Origin: an uncultured delta proteobacterium
GTDB taxonomy: Bacteria > Myxococcota_A > UBA9160 > SMWR01
Length of the DNA: 64,000 nt
Reading direction: 5' to 3'
Assembly: GCA_963832165.1 (NCBI GenBank)
Contig: CAWHTE010000008.1
Coordinates: 32,001-96,000, forward strand
Shown here: piece after piece, positions 10,733 to 21,431 of the stretch
Layout of the letters: the number at the start of each line of letters is the position of its first letter
Position numbering within the stretch: position 1 is the stretch's first letter
Notes under the pieces: model-generated
The model's input: the letters and a program-made list of their open reading frames with translations, nothing else
What the model was told of the DNA's origin: nothing
Database searches by the model: none
Position numbers and translations under genes: made by a program

Positions 10733-11754
10733 TGCGGCGCCGCTCGGGAATCGTGCTCGTGGTGGTGCTGTTCTTCGCATTGCTGCTCGCGAGCACCGTG
10801 GCGACGTTCACACGGATCGCGCTGATCGACCACATGATCGTGCGCAACCGCGACTCGCGCGCGCGCGCCGATGCGCTCGCGCGCGGCGGCATCCGCCTGG
10901 CCACCGCGCTGCTGCTCGAGGACAAGCTCGGCGAGCAGGGCGAGGGCCGCCCGAAGCTCGATTCTGCCGACGACCTCTGGGCGCGCATTTCCGGCGCACC
11001 GATCGAGTTCTCGGACGGCACGACCCTGCGCCTCGAGATCGAAGACGTGGCGGCGAAGCTGAACCTGAACGCCGTCGTCGTGTTCGACGAGACCGGGATT
11101 CCGGACCCGAAGAGCATCGAGCTCCTGACGCGCCTGTTCGCCAAGATCGTCGAGGAGATGGATCTGCCGCGCGGCGAACAGAATCTCTACGACCCGGAAG
11201 AGCTCGCGACCTACCTGATCGACTACATCGACGAGGACACGCTGCGCCTGACGGGCGGACCCGAGGACGAGGCCTATCAACAGCGCGAGCCGCCCGCGCG
11301 GCCTGCGAACCGCCCGCTGCTCTCGGTGGACGAGCTGCGGCGCGTGGAGGGGTTCGATGCGCGGATGGTGGATGCGCTGCGGTCCTACGTGACCGTGTAT
11401 CCCTACGCGGGCGGAGGCGGGATCAACCCCAACACCGCCCCGCCCCACGTGCTCTCGCTCTTGTTCTTCGATGACGAGGTGCAGCTGCGTCTCGCGGACG
11501 AGGACACGATCCGCAGCATGCTGGCGATCCGCAAGGACGGTGGCTTCATCTGCGGTGAGGACCAAAGTGCCGAGGGCTGCACGCCGATACGTAGTCTCGT
11601 GGTCAACGCCATCTTCCCGGAGCCCCACTTCACGAGCGACGTGTTCGTCGTGACCGCGTTCGCGCAGGTGGGGGAAGTCGCGCGGCGCGTAGAGGCGGTG
11701 CTCGACCGCAGCGAAGGCGCCGAGCCGCGCTTGCTATCCTGGCGCACGCTGTGA
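10732..11754 (+). CDS. gspK: Minor pseudopilin GspK
   Basis: SG|IVLVVVL (no Glu5, as typical of GspK), IEDVAAKLNLN, IDYIDED, INPNTAP. Confidence 0.92.
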   Translation: MRRRSGIVLVVVLFFALLLASTVATFTRIALIDHMIVRNRDSRARADALARGGIRLATALLLEDKLGEQGEGRPKLDSADDLWARISGAPIEFSDGTTLRLEIEDVAAKLNLNAVVVFDETGIPDPKSIELLTRLFAKIVEEMDLPRGEQNLYDPEELATYLIDYIDEDTLRLTGGPEDEAYQQREPPARPANRPLLSVDELRRVEGFDARMVDALRSYVTVYPYAGGGGINPNTAPPHVLSLLFFDDEVQLRLADEDTIRSMLAIRKDGGFICGEDQSAEGCTPIRSLVVNAIFPEPHFTSDVFVVTAFAQVGEVARRVEAVLDRSEGAEPRLLSWRTL

Positions 11755-11767
11755 TGAGGGCCTCCGC

Positions 11768-13384
11768 GTGCCGTTCCTGAAGAACGTCCTCGGGCTCGAC
11801 CTCGGCAGCCACTCGATCAAGGCGGTGGAGCTCGCCCAGGGCCTGCGCAGCGTGGAGGTGGTCCGCTTCCATGCCGAGGCCCGCGAGCCCGAGGTGCCGC
11901 TCGCGAGCCAGGTCGCACGCATGCTGATCAGCCGGTCGTTCCGGCGCGACAACGTGGTGGCCGCGCTGCGCGGAGACCGGATCTCGGTGCGCCGTCTCTC
12001 GTTCCCGTTCGTCGAGAAGCGTCGCATCGCCCAGGCGGTGCCGTTCGAGGTCGAAGACCAGGTCCCGTTCGATCTCGACGAGATGGTGATCGACTGGGCG
12101 CCCACGGGCCGCGAGGGCTCGACCGCACACGTGGTCTCGGTGCTGGCGCCGCGCACCGAGGTGTCCGCGCTGGTCGAGACGCTCCACGAGGCCCGCTGCG
12201 ACGCGCGCGTGATCGAGAGCGAAGGCCTCGCGCTCGCGAACCTCGCCTCGTCGTTCGAGTTCCCGGGCACGCGCCTGATCGTCGACATCGGTCATTCCAA
12301 GACGACGGTGTGCGCAATCCGCGAGGGTGTCGCCATGTCCGCGCGCTCGATCGGCGTCGCGGGCCGATCATTCACCGAGGCGATCGCGCAGGAGCGCTCG
12401 CTCTCGCTCGAGCAGGCCGAGCGCTGGAAGCACGAGCGCGGCATCGCGGAGCCCGGCGTCGGCTCGCCGTTCCCGCGCGCCGATGCGGTGCTCACGCGCC
12501 TCGCCAACGAGATCCGGCGCTTTGCGCAGTCGCTCGAGGGGCAGATCCCGGGCGGGATCGGCGGGATCGTGCTGATCGGCGGCGGCGCGCAGCTCGAACG
12601 GATCGAGGAATGGATCGCCGACCGAACCGAGCTGCCGACGGAGCGCCTCGGGCTGCCGCGCGAAGGAGCTGGGCTCGATGCGATCGCCGAGGGCGCGCCG
12701 CTCGTGCTCGCACCTGCGCTCGCGCTCGCGCTGCGCGGATCCGCGCGCGCGACTACGCGCATGAACCTGCGCCAGGACGAATTCACGCGCCGCGCCGACT
12801 TCTCGCGCGTGCGCCGCGAGTACGGCAGCACGGGAATCCTCGCCGCGATCGTGGCGGTGCTCGCGGTCGTGAGCTTCTCGACCGGCTCCGTGCTCGAGTC
12901 GCGCGCGGCGGGCGGGGTCGAGCAGCAGATCGCTGCGCTCTACCGCGAAGCGTTCCCGGACGGCCCCCTGCCCGACAACCCGATCGCGGCGATGCGCGAG
13001 GCCGTGCGCGACGCCGAACAGCGCGCCGAGTTCCTGGGCGTCTACCGCGGCAACCTCTCCGCGCTCGATGTGTTCACGGAGATCTCGAAGCGAGTGCCGA
13101 AGGACCTCGACGTGGGGCTCGAGGAGCTCGCGATCGACAAGCAGACGGTCCGTCTGCGCGTTGCCGCGAAGACTTTCGAGGCGGCGGACCGGCTCGGCAC
13201 CGAGCTCGCGAAGTTCGGGCCGTTCCAGCAGGCGCAGATCGGCGCGATCGAGACCGACAACCGCACGGGCGGCAAGAAGTTCAACGTCACGATCAGCCTC
13301 GCGAGCGAAGCCGAGCCCGTGAACAAGCCCGAACCGGGACCGGCGGCTGCGCCCGCCACGCCCGCGGTGGGGGCTGCACAATGA
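11768..13384 (+). CDS. gspL: GspL, PilM-like actin-fold domain + TM + periplasmic PilN/GspL domain
   Basis: LGLDLGSHSIKAVE, VDIGHSKT and LIGGGAQL actin-fold motifs; MNLR then TM segment; position between gspK and gspM. Confidence 0.85.
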   Translation: MPFLKNVLGLDLGSHSIKAVELAQGLRSVEVVRFHAEAREPEVPLASQVARMLISRSFRRDNVVAALRGDRISVRRLSFPFVEKRRIAQAVPFEVEDQVPFDLDEMVIDWAPTGREGSTAHVVSVLAPRTEVSALVETLHEARCDARVIESEGLALANLASSFEFPGTRLIVDIGHSKTTVCAIREGVAMSARSIGVAGRSFTEAIAQERSLSLEQAERWKHERGIAEPGVGSPFPRADAVLTRLANEIRRFAQSLEGQIPGGIGGIVLIGGGAQLERIEEWIADRTELPTERLGLPREGAGLDAIAEGAPLVLAPALALALRGSARATTRMNLRQDEFTRRADFSRVRREYGSTGILAAIVAVLAVVSFSTGSVLESRAAGGVEQQIAALYREAFPDGPLPDNPIAAMREAVRDAEQRAEFLGVYRGNLSALDVFTEISKRVPKDLDVGLEELAIDKQTVRLRVAAKTFEAADRLGTELAKFGPFQQAQIGAIETDNRTGGKKFNVTISLASEAEPVNKPEPGPAAAPATPAVGAAQ

Positions 13385-13929
13385 TGACGTGGTGGAACCG
13401 CCTGCTCAACGCGTTCAACGGCCTCGCTCCGCGCGAGCGGCTGCTCGTATCGATCGTGGGCGGATTGCTCGGAGTCGCACTGCTCTACCTCGTAGTGGTG
13501 GGCCCGATCCTGCGCGCCTCGGATCGCGGCGAGCAGCGCCTGGCCACCGCCGACCAACAGCTCCAGGTGATGCAGCGCCTGCGTCGCGACTACGACGACG
13601 TGCAGGGCCGACTCGCCGATGTCGAGCAGCGGATCCAGCGCGGCGCGAAGAGCGAGCTGCGCACCACGCTCGAGTCCCTCGCGCAGCAGGCGTCGGTGAA
13701 GGTGGAGTCGATGGAGCCGCAGGCCTCGCCCGCGCACCCGAAGTACCGGGAGACGAAGGTGGAGGTGGGTCTGCGCAACGCGACTCTCGCGCAGACCGTG
13801 CACTATCTGCACGCGATCGACATCGCGCCGCAGGCGCTGTCGGTGAAGAGCCTGCGCGTCCGCACGCGCGCCGAGCAGCCCGACCTGCTCGACGTGACGT
13901 TCACCGTCTCGTCGTTCGAGCCGATCTAG
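13381..13929 (+). CDS. gspM: Type II secretion protein GspM
   Basis: LAPRERLLV then TM, coiled coil, ferredoxin-like C-terminus; cluster order. Confidence 0.85.
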   Translation: MMTWWNRLLNAFNGLAPRERLLVSIVGGLLGVALLYLVVVGPILRASDRGEQRLATADQQLQVMQRLRRDYDDVQGRLADVEQRIQRGAKSELRTTLESLAQQASVKVESMEPQASPAHPKYRETKVEVGLRNATLAQTVHYLHAIDIAPQALSVKSLRVRTRAEQPDLLDVTFTVSSFEPI

Positions 13930-14786
13930 TGAGCGAGGTCGCAGCGGAGAAGCCCCGTCCGAGCCCCCGGCGCATCGCCGGGATCGCGCTCGCGGCGATC
14001 GCGCTCACGGCAATCCTGATGGTCCTGCGCTTCCCGTACGACCGGCTCGCCTCGTACATTGCGCAGCGCGTCGAGCAGGAGACCGGCGCGCGCGTCGCGC
14101 TGGGCCCGGTGTCGCTCGCGCTCGTGCGCTGGGGCCCAGGAATCGCGGCGCACGGAGTGCAGATCTCCCGCCCTGACGGCACGCACCTCGATCTCGCTCG
14201 GCTCGGCGTGCGCCCCGCCCTCGCGCTCGCGTGGTTCACGGGCAACCCCGCGCTCGCGACCGAGGTGGAGTCGGCGCTCGGCGGGGTCTCGGGCGTGGTC
14301 ACGTTCGGCGATGCGCCCGGGTTCTCGGGCACGCTGAGCGACGTCGATCTCGATCAGCTCCCCCAGCACCGGATCGGCGCGCCGCTGCGCCTCCAGGGGC
14401 GCGCCGACGCCGACCTGGATATCACGATGCGCGAGGCCGGACCCGAGGGCGAGTTCGAGTTCGAGGCGCGCGACGGCATGCTCACCCATCCCAACCTGCC
14501 GTTGCCGATGCCGTTCCAGAAGCTCACGGGCGAAATCGACCTCGGCGGCACGGTATGGGCGCAGATCAAGAACGTCGAGCTCGCGTCGCCGCTCGCCTCG
14601 GGGCATGCGAAGGGCACGGTCGGCCGCTCGCCCATATTCGCCTCGGCGCCGCTCTCGCTCGAGATCGAGCTCACGGTGAGCGGCGCCGTCCAGGGATCGC
14701 TGCGCTCACAGGGCGTCGCGATCGGCAATGACGGCCAGATCCACGTGAACGTCTCCGGGACCCCGGCACGGCCCGTGGTTCGATAG
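13929..14786 (+). CDS. gspN: Type II secretion protein GspN
   Basis: TM followed by FPYDRL, beta-rich body, ends VSGTPARP; last gene of gsp cluster. Confidence 0.8.
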   Translation: MSEVAAEKPRPSPRRIAGIALAAIALTAILMVLRFPYDRLASYIAQRVEQETGARVALGPVSLALVRWGPGIAAHGVQISRPDGTHLDLARLGVRPALALAWFTGNPALATEVESALGGVSGVVTFGDAPGFSGTLSDVDLDQLPQHRIGAPLRLQGRADADLDITMREAGPEGEFEFEARDGMLTHPNLPLPMPFQKLTGEIDLGGTVWAQIKNVELASPLASGHAKGTVGRSPIFASAPLSLEIELTVSGAVQGSLRSQGVAIGNDGQIHVNVSGTPARPVVR

Positions 14787-14798
14787 CTTCTCGATCGA

Positions 14799-15743
14799 TT
14801 GGAAGCGCTCCAGAAGGTCTTCAAGACGCTCAGCGACCCGACGCGCGTGCGGGTGCTCGCGCTGCTCGAGCAGGAGGAGCTCGCGGTCCAGGAGCTCATG
14901 GACGTCCTCGGCATGGCGCAGTCGCGCGTGTCGCGGCACCTCGCGATCCTGCGCGAGGCGGGCCTGCTTCGCGATCGCCGCGACGGGACCTACGTGTTCT
15001 ACCGCTTCGATCCGCCCGGTGACGGGCCGTGGCGCGAGGCGTGGCAGCTCGTGCGCCACAGCCTCGACAACGACCCGACGCGCGCGCGCGACGTCGCGGC
15101 GCTCTCCCAGGTGATGGCCGCGCGCGCCGACCGCACGCGCAGCTTCTTCGACGCGGTCGGGCCCGAATGGGACTCGCTGCGCAAGGTGTTCAACGACGAC
15201 GCGCTGCGGAGCCGGGCGCTCTCGCGCCTGGTTCCCTCGGGCCTGCGCGTGGCCGATGTGGGCACGGGGACCGGAATCCTCGCGGCCGAGCTCGCGCGGC
15301 TCGGCATGCGCGTGATCGCAGTCGACCACTCCCCGCGCATGCTCTCGGCCGCGCGCGCCAAGCTCACGGCCGAGGGGCTCGACCAGGTCGAGCTGCGTGC
15401 GGGCGAGGCGGGCGCGCTGCCGATCGACGACGCCTCGCTCGACGCCGCGTTCGCGCACATGGTGCTGCACTACCTGCCCTCGCCGGCCGACGCGATCCGC
15501 GAGATGGCGCGCGTGGTGCGCCCGGGCGGCGCGGTGATTGCGGTCGACTTCGTGCGCCACGAGCACGAGTGGATGCGCGAGGAGCTCGGCGTCACCTGGC
15601 TCGGCTTCGACCGCAGCGAGATCGAAGCGTGGTTCGCGCTCGCGGGGCTCGAGGCGCCGCTCATCGAAACCCAACCCGGGCGCTCTGCAGCACGCGACCT
15701 GCCCGAGGCGTTCGTAGCGTCCGCGCGCCGACCGAATGCCTGA
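14799..15743 (+). CDS. ArsR-family HTH fused to class I SAM-binding (methyltransferase) domain, SahR-like regulator
   Basis: FKTLSDPTRVRVL..QSRVSRHLAILREAGL ArsR HTH; VADVGTGTG SAM motif; HMVLHY..VRPGG. Confidence 0.9.
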   Translation: MEALQKVFKTLSDPTRVRVLALLEQEELAVQELMDVLGMAQSRVSRHLAILREAGLLRDRRDGTYVFYRFDPPGDGPWREAWQLVRHSLDNDPTRARDVAALSQVMAARADRTRSFFDAVGPEWDSLRKVFNDDALRSRALSRLVPSGLRVADVGTGTGILAAELARLGMRVIAVDHSPRMLSAARAKLTAEGLDQVELRAGEAGALPIDDASLDAAFAHMVLHYLPSPADAIREMARVVRPGGAVIAVDFVRHEHEWMREELGVTWLGFDRSEIEAWFALAGLEAPLIETQPGRSAARDLPEAFVASARRPNA

Positions 15744-16440
15744 GTCCTCGCGGCGCGCGGTGTTGTTCGACGCCGCGGGAACGCTGATCGAGCCGCGCGA
15801 GCCGATCGGCCAGACCTACGCGCGCATCTCGGAGAAGTACGGCGCCGCGATCTCCGCGTGGCGGCTCGACGACGCGTTCGCGCGCGTGTGGCGCACCGCG
15901 CCCGCGATGGTCTACCCGGGCCTGCCCGCCGATGCGACCGCGCGCTTCGAGCGCGACGCGTGGCGCGCGATCGTGCGGCAGACCTTCCTCGCCGCCGACT
16001 CGGCGGTGCGGCCGGACGACTTCGACGCCTTCTTCGAGGAGCTGTTCGCCCACTTCGCGACCGGAGCCGCGTGGCGCGTGCTTCCGGGTGCAAGCGACGC
16101 GCTCGAAGCGCTGCGCGGCGAGCGCGTCGCGACCGCGGTCGTATCGAACTTCGACCGCCGCCTGCCCGGAATCCTCTCCGACCTCGAGCTCGCCCCGCTG
16201 CTCGATCTCGTGTGGTTGCCCTCCGACGCGGGAGTCACCAAACCCGACCCGGCGATCTTCGAGAGCGCGCTCTCCGCGCTCGGCGTGACCGCTGCGCGGG
16301 CTCTGTTCGTCGGCAACGACGCGGAGCGAGATCTCGCGGGCGCGCGCGCGGTGGGCATGCGAGCGGTGGACGTTGCGTCGCTTGCTACCCTGGCTGACCT
16401 GCCCGAACTGGTTCTGCGCGAGCTTCCGGAGGAGCCTTGA
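15736..16440 (+). CDS. HAD-superfamily hydrolase (REG-2/HDHD3-like)
   Basis: Motif I LFDAAGTL, VVSNFD, KPDPAIF, VGND..DL. Confidence 0.9.
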   Translation: MPESSRRAVLFDAAGTLIEPREPIGQTYARISEKYGAAISAWRLDDAFARVWRTAPAMVYPGLPADATARFERDAWRAIVRQTFLAADSAVRPDDFDAFFEELFAHFATGAAWRVLPGASDALEALRGERVATAVVSNFDRRLPGILSDLELAPLLDLVWLPSDAGVTKPDPAIFESALSALGVTAARALFVGNDAERDLAGARAVGMRAVDVASLATLADLPELVLRELPEEP

Positions 16441-16441
16441 G

Positions 16442-17882
16442 ATGAGCTTGCCGACCGCGCGCGCGTTGTTCCGCGACCGCTTCGGCGTCGACGACAAGAG
16501 CCTGTCGGCCGCGCTCGACGCCGCGCTCGAGCGGCGCGTGGATTACGCAGATCTCTTCTTCGAGTACGGCACCCAGGACTCGGTCGTGCTCGAAGAGGGG
16601 ATCGTCAAGACGGGCGACCGCCATCTCGAGCAGGGCGTCGGCGTGCGCGCGCAGGTCGGCGAGCGCCAGGGCTATGCCCACAGCGACGAGGTGAGCCCCG
16701 AGGCGCTCCAGCTCGCGGCTCGCACCGCGCGCGCGATCTCGGCCGACGCCGGCGCGGGCACGCGCGCCGTATCTGCCACGCGTTCGCGGCGCGCGCGATC
16801 TGTACCCCGTCGAGAAGCCGCCCACCGACGCCTCGGTCGCGAGCAAGATCGAGCTGGTCGAGGAGATCGACCGCTATGCGCGCGCGCGCGATCCGCGCAT
16901 CGTCGAGGTCATGGCGAGCTGCGTGACGCAGCACCGCTCGGTGCTCGTGATGAGCAGCGATGGCACGTTCGCCGAGGATGCGCGTCCGCTCGTGCGCTTG
17001 AACGTGCAGGTGATCGCGCGCTCGGGCGAGCGCCGCGAAGTCGGCTACCAGGGCTGCGGCGGGCGCAGCGAGTTCGAGGCGCTGCTCGATCCCACGCGCT
17101 GGCAGGCGCTCGTCGACGAAGCGGTGCGCACGGCGCTGCTGAATCTCGAGGCCGAGCCCTGCCCCGCCGGCAGCATGACCGTCGTGCTCGGTCCCGGATG
17201 GCCGGGCGTGCTGCTCCACGAGGCGATCGGGCACGGCCTCGAGGGCGACTTCAACCGCAAGGGCACCTCGGCGTTCGCGGGGCGGCTCGGCGAGCGCGTC
17301 GCCGCGCCGGGCGTCACGGTGGTCGACGACGGCACGCTTCCGGGGCGGCGCGGGTCGCTCAACGTCGACGATGAGGGCACGCCGACCCAGCGCACCGTGC
17401 TGATCGAAGACGGCATCCTGCGCGGCTATCTGCAGGACCGGCTCAACGCGCGGCTCATGGGCATGGCGCCCACGGGCAACGGCCGCCGCGAGAGCTACGC
17501 CCATCTCCCGATGCCGCGCATGACCAACACGTTCATGCTCGCGGGCGAGGAAGATCCCACCGACATCGTGCGCTCGGTCGACCGCGGCATCTACGCGGTG
17601 AACTTCGGCGGCGGCCAGGTCGACATCACGAGCGGGAAGTTCGTGTTCTCGGCGAGCGAGGCGTACCGGATCGAGAACGGCCGCGTGGGCGCACCGCTCA
17701 AGGGCGCGACGCTGATCGGCAACGGTCCCGACGTGCTCACGCGCGTTTCGCGGATCGGCTGCGATCTCGCGCTCGACCGCGGTGTCGGCACCTGCGGCAA
17801 GGACGGCCAGTCGGTGCCGGTGGGCGTCGGGCTCCCGACGCTGCGCATCGACGACCTCACGGTCGGAGGCACCCAGGGGTGA
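16442..17882 (+). CDS. tldD: Metalloprotease TldD (one frameshift near 16770-16795)
   Basis: [23 protein letters not shown] in one frame; [45 protein letters not shown] in the next. Confidence 0.93.
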
Positions 17883-19243
17883 CCAGTCCGCGCGAGGCCG
17901 CCGAGCTCGCGCTCGCGAGTGCGATCCGCGCGGGTGCGGTCGCCGCGGACGCCGTGGCCGTGGAGTCGGACTCGCTCGAGACGCGCGTGCGCGGCGAGGA
18001 GATCGACTACGTCAAGCAGGCGCGCGAGCGCAAGGTCGGCGTGCGCGCTCTCGTGCGCGGCGCGCACGGCACGCGCTCCGCGATCACGTCCACGAGCGAC
18101 CTCTCCGAGTCCGCGGTACGCGCGGTCGCCGCCGAGGCGGTCGCGCTCGCTCGCGCCACGGCCGAGGATCCCGCCGCGGGGCTGCCCGACGACGGCTTCG
18201 CCGATCCGGCCGCCCTGCCGGACCTCTCGCTGGCCGACCCGGCCGACCGCGGCGTGACGGCCGAATCACTGATCGATGCCGCGCGGCGCGCAGAGCTCGC
18301 CGGGCGTGCCGTGGATCCGCGGATCGAGAACTCCGAGGGATCGTCGGCGTCGGCTTCGTTCGCGCGCATCGCCTACGCGAACAGCGCGGGCTTCGCGGGC
18401 CACTACGAGGCGGCGTCGCACGGACTGTTCTCCGAGCCCATCGCGCGCGCGAACGGCGGCATGCAGCGCGACTGGTGGATGTCGGCCGCGCGCAGCCTCG
18501 CCGCGCTCGATTCGCCCGAGGCGGTCGGGCGGCGCGCCGCCGAGCGCGCGCTGCGCCGGCTCGGTGCGCGCACGGTGGCGACCTGCGAGGTGCCCGTGAT
18601 CTTCGATCCGCTCACGGCGGCGAGCCTTTGGGGTCAGCTCGCGGGGCTCGTGAGCGGCTATGCGGTGTACCGGGGCACGAGCTATCTCGCGGGCAAGCTC
18701 GGCGAGATCGTCGCGAGCGACGCCGTGACGATCATCGACGACGCGTGCCGGCCCGCCGGTCTCGGCAGCCGTCCGTTCGACGGCGAGGGACTGCCGTCGC
18801 GGCGCACGGCACTGATCGAGCGCGGGCGCCTCGCCTCCTACCTGCTCGACACCTACTCCGCGCGCAAGGTCGGCGGGCGTTCGACCGGCAGTGCGAGCCG
18901 GTCCGCGAGCAGCCCGCCCGCGGTAGGCGCCACCAACCTCGGGCTCGTCCCCGGCGATGCCTCACTCGAGCAGATCATCGCCGACACGCCGCGGGGGCTG
19001 CTCGTGACCGAGCTGATCGGGATGGGCTTCAACCCGACCACGGGCGACTACTCGCGCGGCGCCGCGGGCTTGTGGATCGAAGGCGGCCAGATCGCCCATC
19101 CCGTCGAGGAGATCACGATCGCGTCCAACTTCCCCGACATGCTGCGCGGCATCGACGCGGTCGGCAGCGACCTCTTGTGGCTCTCGCGGATCGGATCGCC
19201 GAGCGTGCGCATCGCGCGCATGACCGTAGCGGGCGGACGATGA
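17879..19243 (+). CDS. pmbA: TldE/PmbA
   Basis: [33 protein letters not shown]; follows tldD. Confidence 0.93.
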   Translation: MTSPREAAELALASAIRAGAVAADAVAVESDSLETRVRGEEIDYVKQARERKVGVRALVRGAHGTRSAITSTSDLSESAVRAVAAEAVALARATAEDPAAGLPDDGFADPAALPDLSLADPADRGVTAESLIDAARRAELAGRAVDPRIENSEGSSASASFARIAYANSAGFAGHYEAASHGLFSEPIARANGGMQRDWWMSAARSLAALDSPEAVGRRAAERALRRLGARTVATCEVPVIFDPLTAASLWGQLAGLVSGYAVYRGTSYLAGKLGEIVASDAVTIIDDACRPAGLGSRPFDGEGLPSRRTALIERGRLASYLLDTYSARKVGGRSTGSASRSASSPPAVGATNLGLVPGDASLEQIIADTPRGLLVTELIGMGFNPTTGDYSRGAAGLWIEGGQIAHPVEEITIASNFPDMLRGIDAVGSDLLWLSRIGSPSVRIARMTVAGGR

Positions 19244-20109
19244 GCGCACCCGAGGTTCTGCTCGGGCTGAAGTTGCCGGACGTCGACGTCTGGTCGCCGC
19301 GCGTGACCGTGGCGCTCGGGCAGAATCCGAGCCTGTTCACGGGCCCGGGTACGAACACCTATCTCGTCGGCACGGGCCGCGAGCGAATCCTGCTCGACAC
19401 GGGCCAGGGCGTCCCCGCCTATCTGCCCGTGCTCGCTCGAGCCCTCGAACGCGCCGACTGTGCGATCCAGGAGATCGTGCTCACGCACGGCCATCCCGAT
19501 CACATCGGCGGCGTCGCGGACGTGCTCGAACACCACGGCCCGCTGCGCGTCTCGAAGCGCCCGCACGCGGGCTTCGATGCGCGCTACCCGGGCGAGATCA
19601 CACCGATCGGCGACGGCGACGTGGTGCGCACCGAAGGCGCGACGCTGCGAGCCATCCACACGCCCGGTCATGCCGAGGACCATCTCTGCTTCGCACTCGA
19701 GGAGGAGCGCGCGATCTTCTCGGGCGACAACGTACTCGGCGTCGGCACCACCGTGATCCCGGCCGAGGGCGGCGACCTGCTCGACTACATGCAATCGCTC
19801 GAACGGCTGCTCGCCGACGAGCCCTCCGCGATCTATCCCGCGCACGGACCCATGATCCGCGACGGGTGCGCGAAGCTGCGCGAGTACATCGATCACCGCA
19901 ACCAGCGCGAGCAGGAGATCCTCGCAGCGCTGCGCACGGGACTGGGCGGCATCCCCGAGATCGTCGCGCGCGTGTACGCGGCCTACCCGGTCGCGTTGCA
20001 CCTGCCCGCGCGCAGCTCGGTGTGCTCGCACCTGTTGAAGCTCGAGCGCGAGGGTCGCGTGCGCCGCAGCGGCGCGGCACCGCTCGACGCGCGCTGGGCG
20101 CTGACCTGA
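19240..20109 (+). CDS. Metallo-beta-lactamase-fold hydrolase (LACTB2-like, C-terminal winged helix)
   Basis: NPSLFTGPGTNTYLVG, THGHPDHIGG, TPGHAEDH, FSGD, YPAHG. Confidence 0.9.
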   Translation: MSAPEVLLGLKLPDVDVWSPRVTVALGQNPSLFTGPGTNTYLVGTGRERILLDTGQGVPAYLPVLARALERADCAIQEIVLTHGHPDHIGGVADVLEHHGPLRVSKRPHAGFDARYPGEITPIGDGDVVRTEGATLRAIHTPGHAEDHLCFALEEERAIFSGDNVLGVGTTVIPAEGGDLLDYMQSLERLLADEPSAIYPAHGPMIRDGCAKLREYIDHRNQREQEILAALRTGLGGIPEIVARVYAAYPVALHLPARSSVCSHLLKLEREGRVRRSGAAPLDARWALT

Positions 20110-20111
20110 TG

Positions 20112-20149
20112 GACTTCGCTCGGCTTCGCCTCGCTGCGCGAGACTTGCG
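20112..20149 (+). repeat. REP-like interspersed repeat, copy 1
   Basis: 27-nt core CTTCGCTCGGCTTCGCCTCGCTGCGCG (20114-20140) identical to 25388-25414 and to the reverse complement of 37243-37269; followed by CTTGCG. Confidence 0.85.
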
Positions 20150-20953
20150 GTGACCCACCCGATCGTCGCCGCGCTGCACAGCGCGGCGGCCGAGGAGCGC
20201 CGCGCCGCCTGCGAAGCGGCCCCGGGTGATCCGTCCGCGGTGCTGCTGGTGGATCCGCTGGTCGAAGCGCTCGGCGACCGCGATCCGCGCGTGGTGCGCG
20301 CGGCGACGCGTGCGCTCGAGCAGATCGGCCGCGAGCACGAAGCCGTGCTGGTGGCGCTGCGCCCCGCGCTGCGCAGCGCGGAGTCGCGACACCGCCTCGA
20401 GGCTGCGTGGACCTGGGCTCGTCTCGAGCCGCCGCCGATCAAGCTATTGCCCGCGATCGTGTCGGCGCTCGGCGACCTCCAGGGCGATGCGCGCTGGCGC
20501 GCAGCGCGCCTGCTGGTCGAGCTCGCGCGCATCCACGACGAGGTGTCACCCGTCGTGCACAATCTCGTCGCGGGCGATCAACCCGTGCGCGTGCGTGCGG
20601 TCGGTCTCGCTGCGCTGCGCGAGCTCGAGCCGGATTCCGATGCGACGCGCGCCGCACACCTCGCGGCGAGCCGCGACCGCGATCCCGGCCTCGCGCGCCT
20701 GGCGTTGGTCGGGCTCGCGGGCATCGCTGCGACGCGCGAGGTCTGGGAGCGCCTGATCGAGGTGCTCGCGGCGAACCCCGACGCCGCGTGTCGCCGCATT
20801 GCGGCGACCGCCTGCGGCGCGCTCGGATCTGCGCCGCCCGAAGCGCACGCGGCACTCGAGCGCGCGGCGCAGGAGGACGGCGACGAGAGCGTGCGCGCCG
20901 CAGCCGCGCGATCTCTCCGCTCTGGCTCAGCGGAACAGCAGGGCGTCGAGTGA
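20150..20953 (+). CDS. HEAT-repeat (PBS-lyase-like) protein
   Basis: Repeated L..AL.D.D..VR..AA..L helical units. Confidence 0.75.
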   Translation: MTHPIVAALHSAAAEERRAACEAAPGDPSAVLLVDPLVEALGDRDPRVVRAATRALEQIGREHEAVLVALRPALRSAESRHRLEAAWTWARLEPPPIKLLPAIVSALGDLQGDARWRAARLLVELARIHDEVSPVVHNLVAGDQPVRVRAVGLAALRELEPDSDATRAAHLAASRDRDPGLARLALVGLAGIAATREVWERLIEVLAANPDAACRRIAATACGALGSAPPEAHAALERAAQEDGDESVRAAAARSLRSGSAEQQGVE

Positions 20954-21376
20954 GAGCACCCCGGGGCCCGTCAAGAACAACACTCCGCAGATCACCGCGA
21001 GGTTGATCGTGTACTCGGCGCCGGGCGGATCGTTCGTGATCAGATAGCCCGCACCCTTGTGGCCGAGCCGGCCCGCAACGATCATCGTGAAGATGAGCAG
21101 CAGGCACGCCGGGCGCGTGAGCAGACCCAGCGCGAGCAGGCTGCCGCCGGTGATCTCCGACAGCATCGCCATGCGCGCCTGAACGGGCGCCATCGGCACG
21201 CCGAGGCTCTCGAGAAAGTCCACGAAGCCTTGCATGTTCCCGGTGCCCACGACTCCGAGCTTGCCGAGGCCGTGCGTCACGAAACACAATCCGATCGCCA
21301 GGCGCCCGACGAACAGCGCCGTGTTGGTATACCAGGGCTGGGTCAGCAATACGCCGAGGTCGAAGCTCGGGTCCAT
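20927..21376 (-). CDS. DoxX-family membrane protein
   Basis: GRLAIGLCFVTHGLGKL..EITGGSLLALGLLTRPA..GAEY..GPGVLSLD; GGAGG RBS. Confidence 0.9.
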   Translation of the reverse strand: MDPSFDLGVLLTQPWYTNTALFVGRLAIGLCFVTHGLGKLGVVGTGNMQGFVDFLESLGVPMAPVQARMAMLSEITGGSLLALGLLTRPACLLLIFTMIVAGRLGHKGAGYLITNDPPGAEYTINLAVICGVLFLTGPGVLSLDALLFR

Positions 21377-21431
21377 CGACGCCTCCCGGTGAAAATCGGT
21401 CCCGTTGTAGCACGGGCGAGAGGACAGATGC

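Noticed and set aside
16770..16800. Programmed frameshift in tldD
   Set aside because: No slippery heptamer or stimulatory structure is seen, and many similar indels occur across the window
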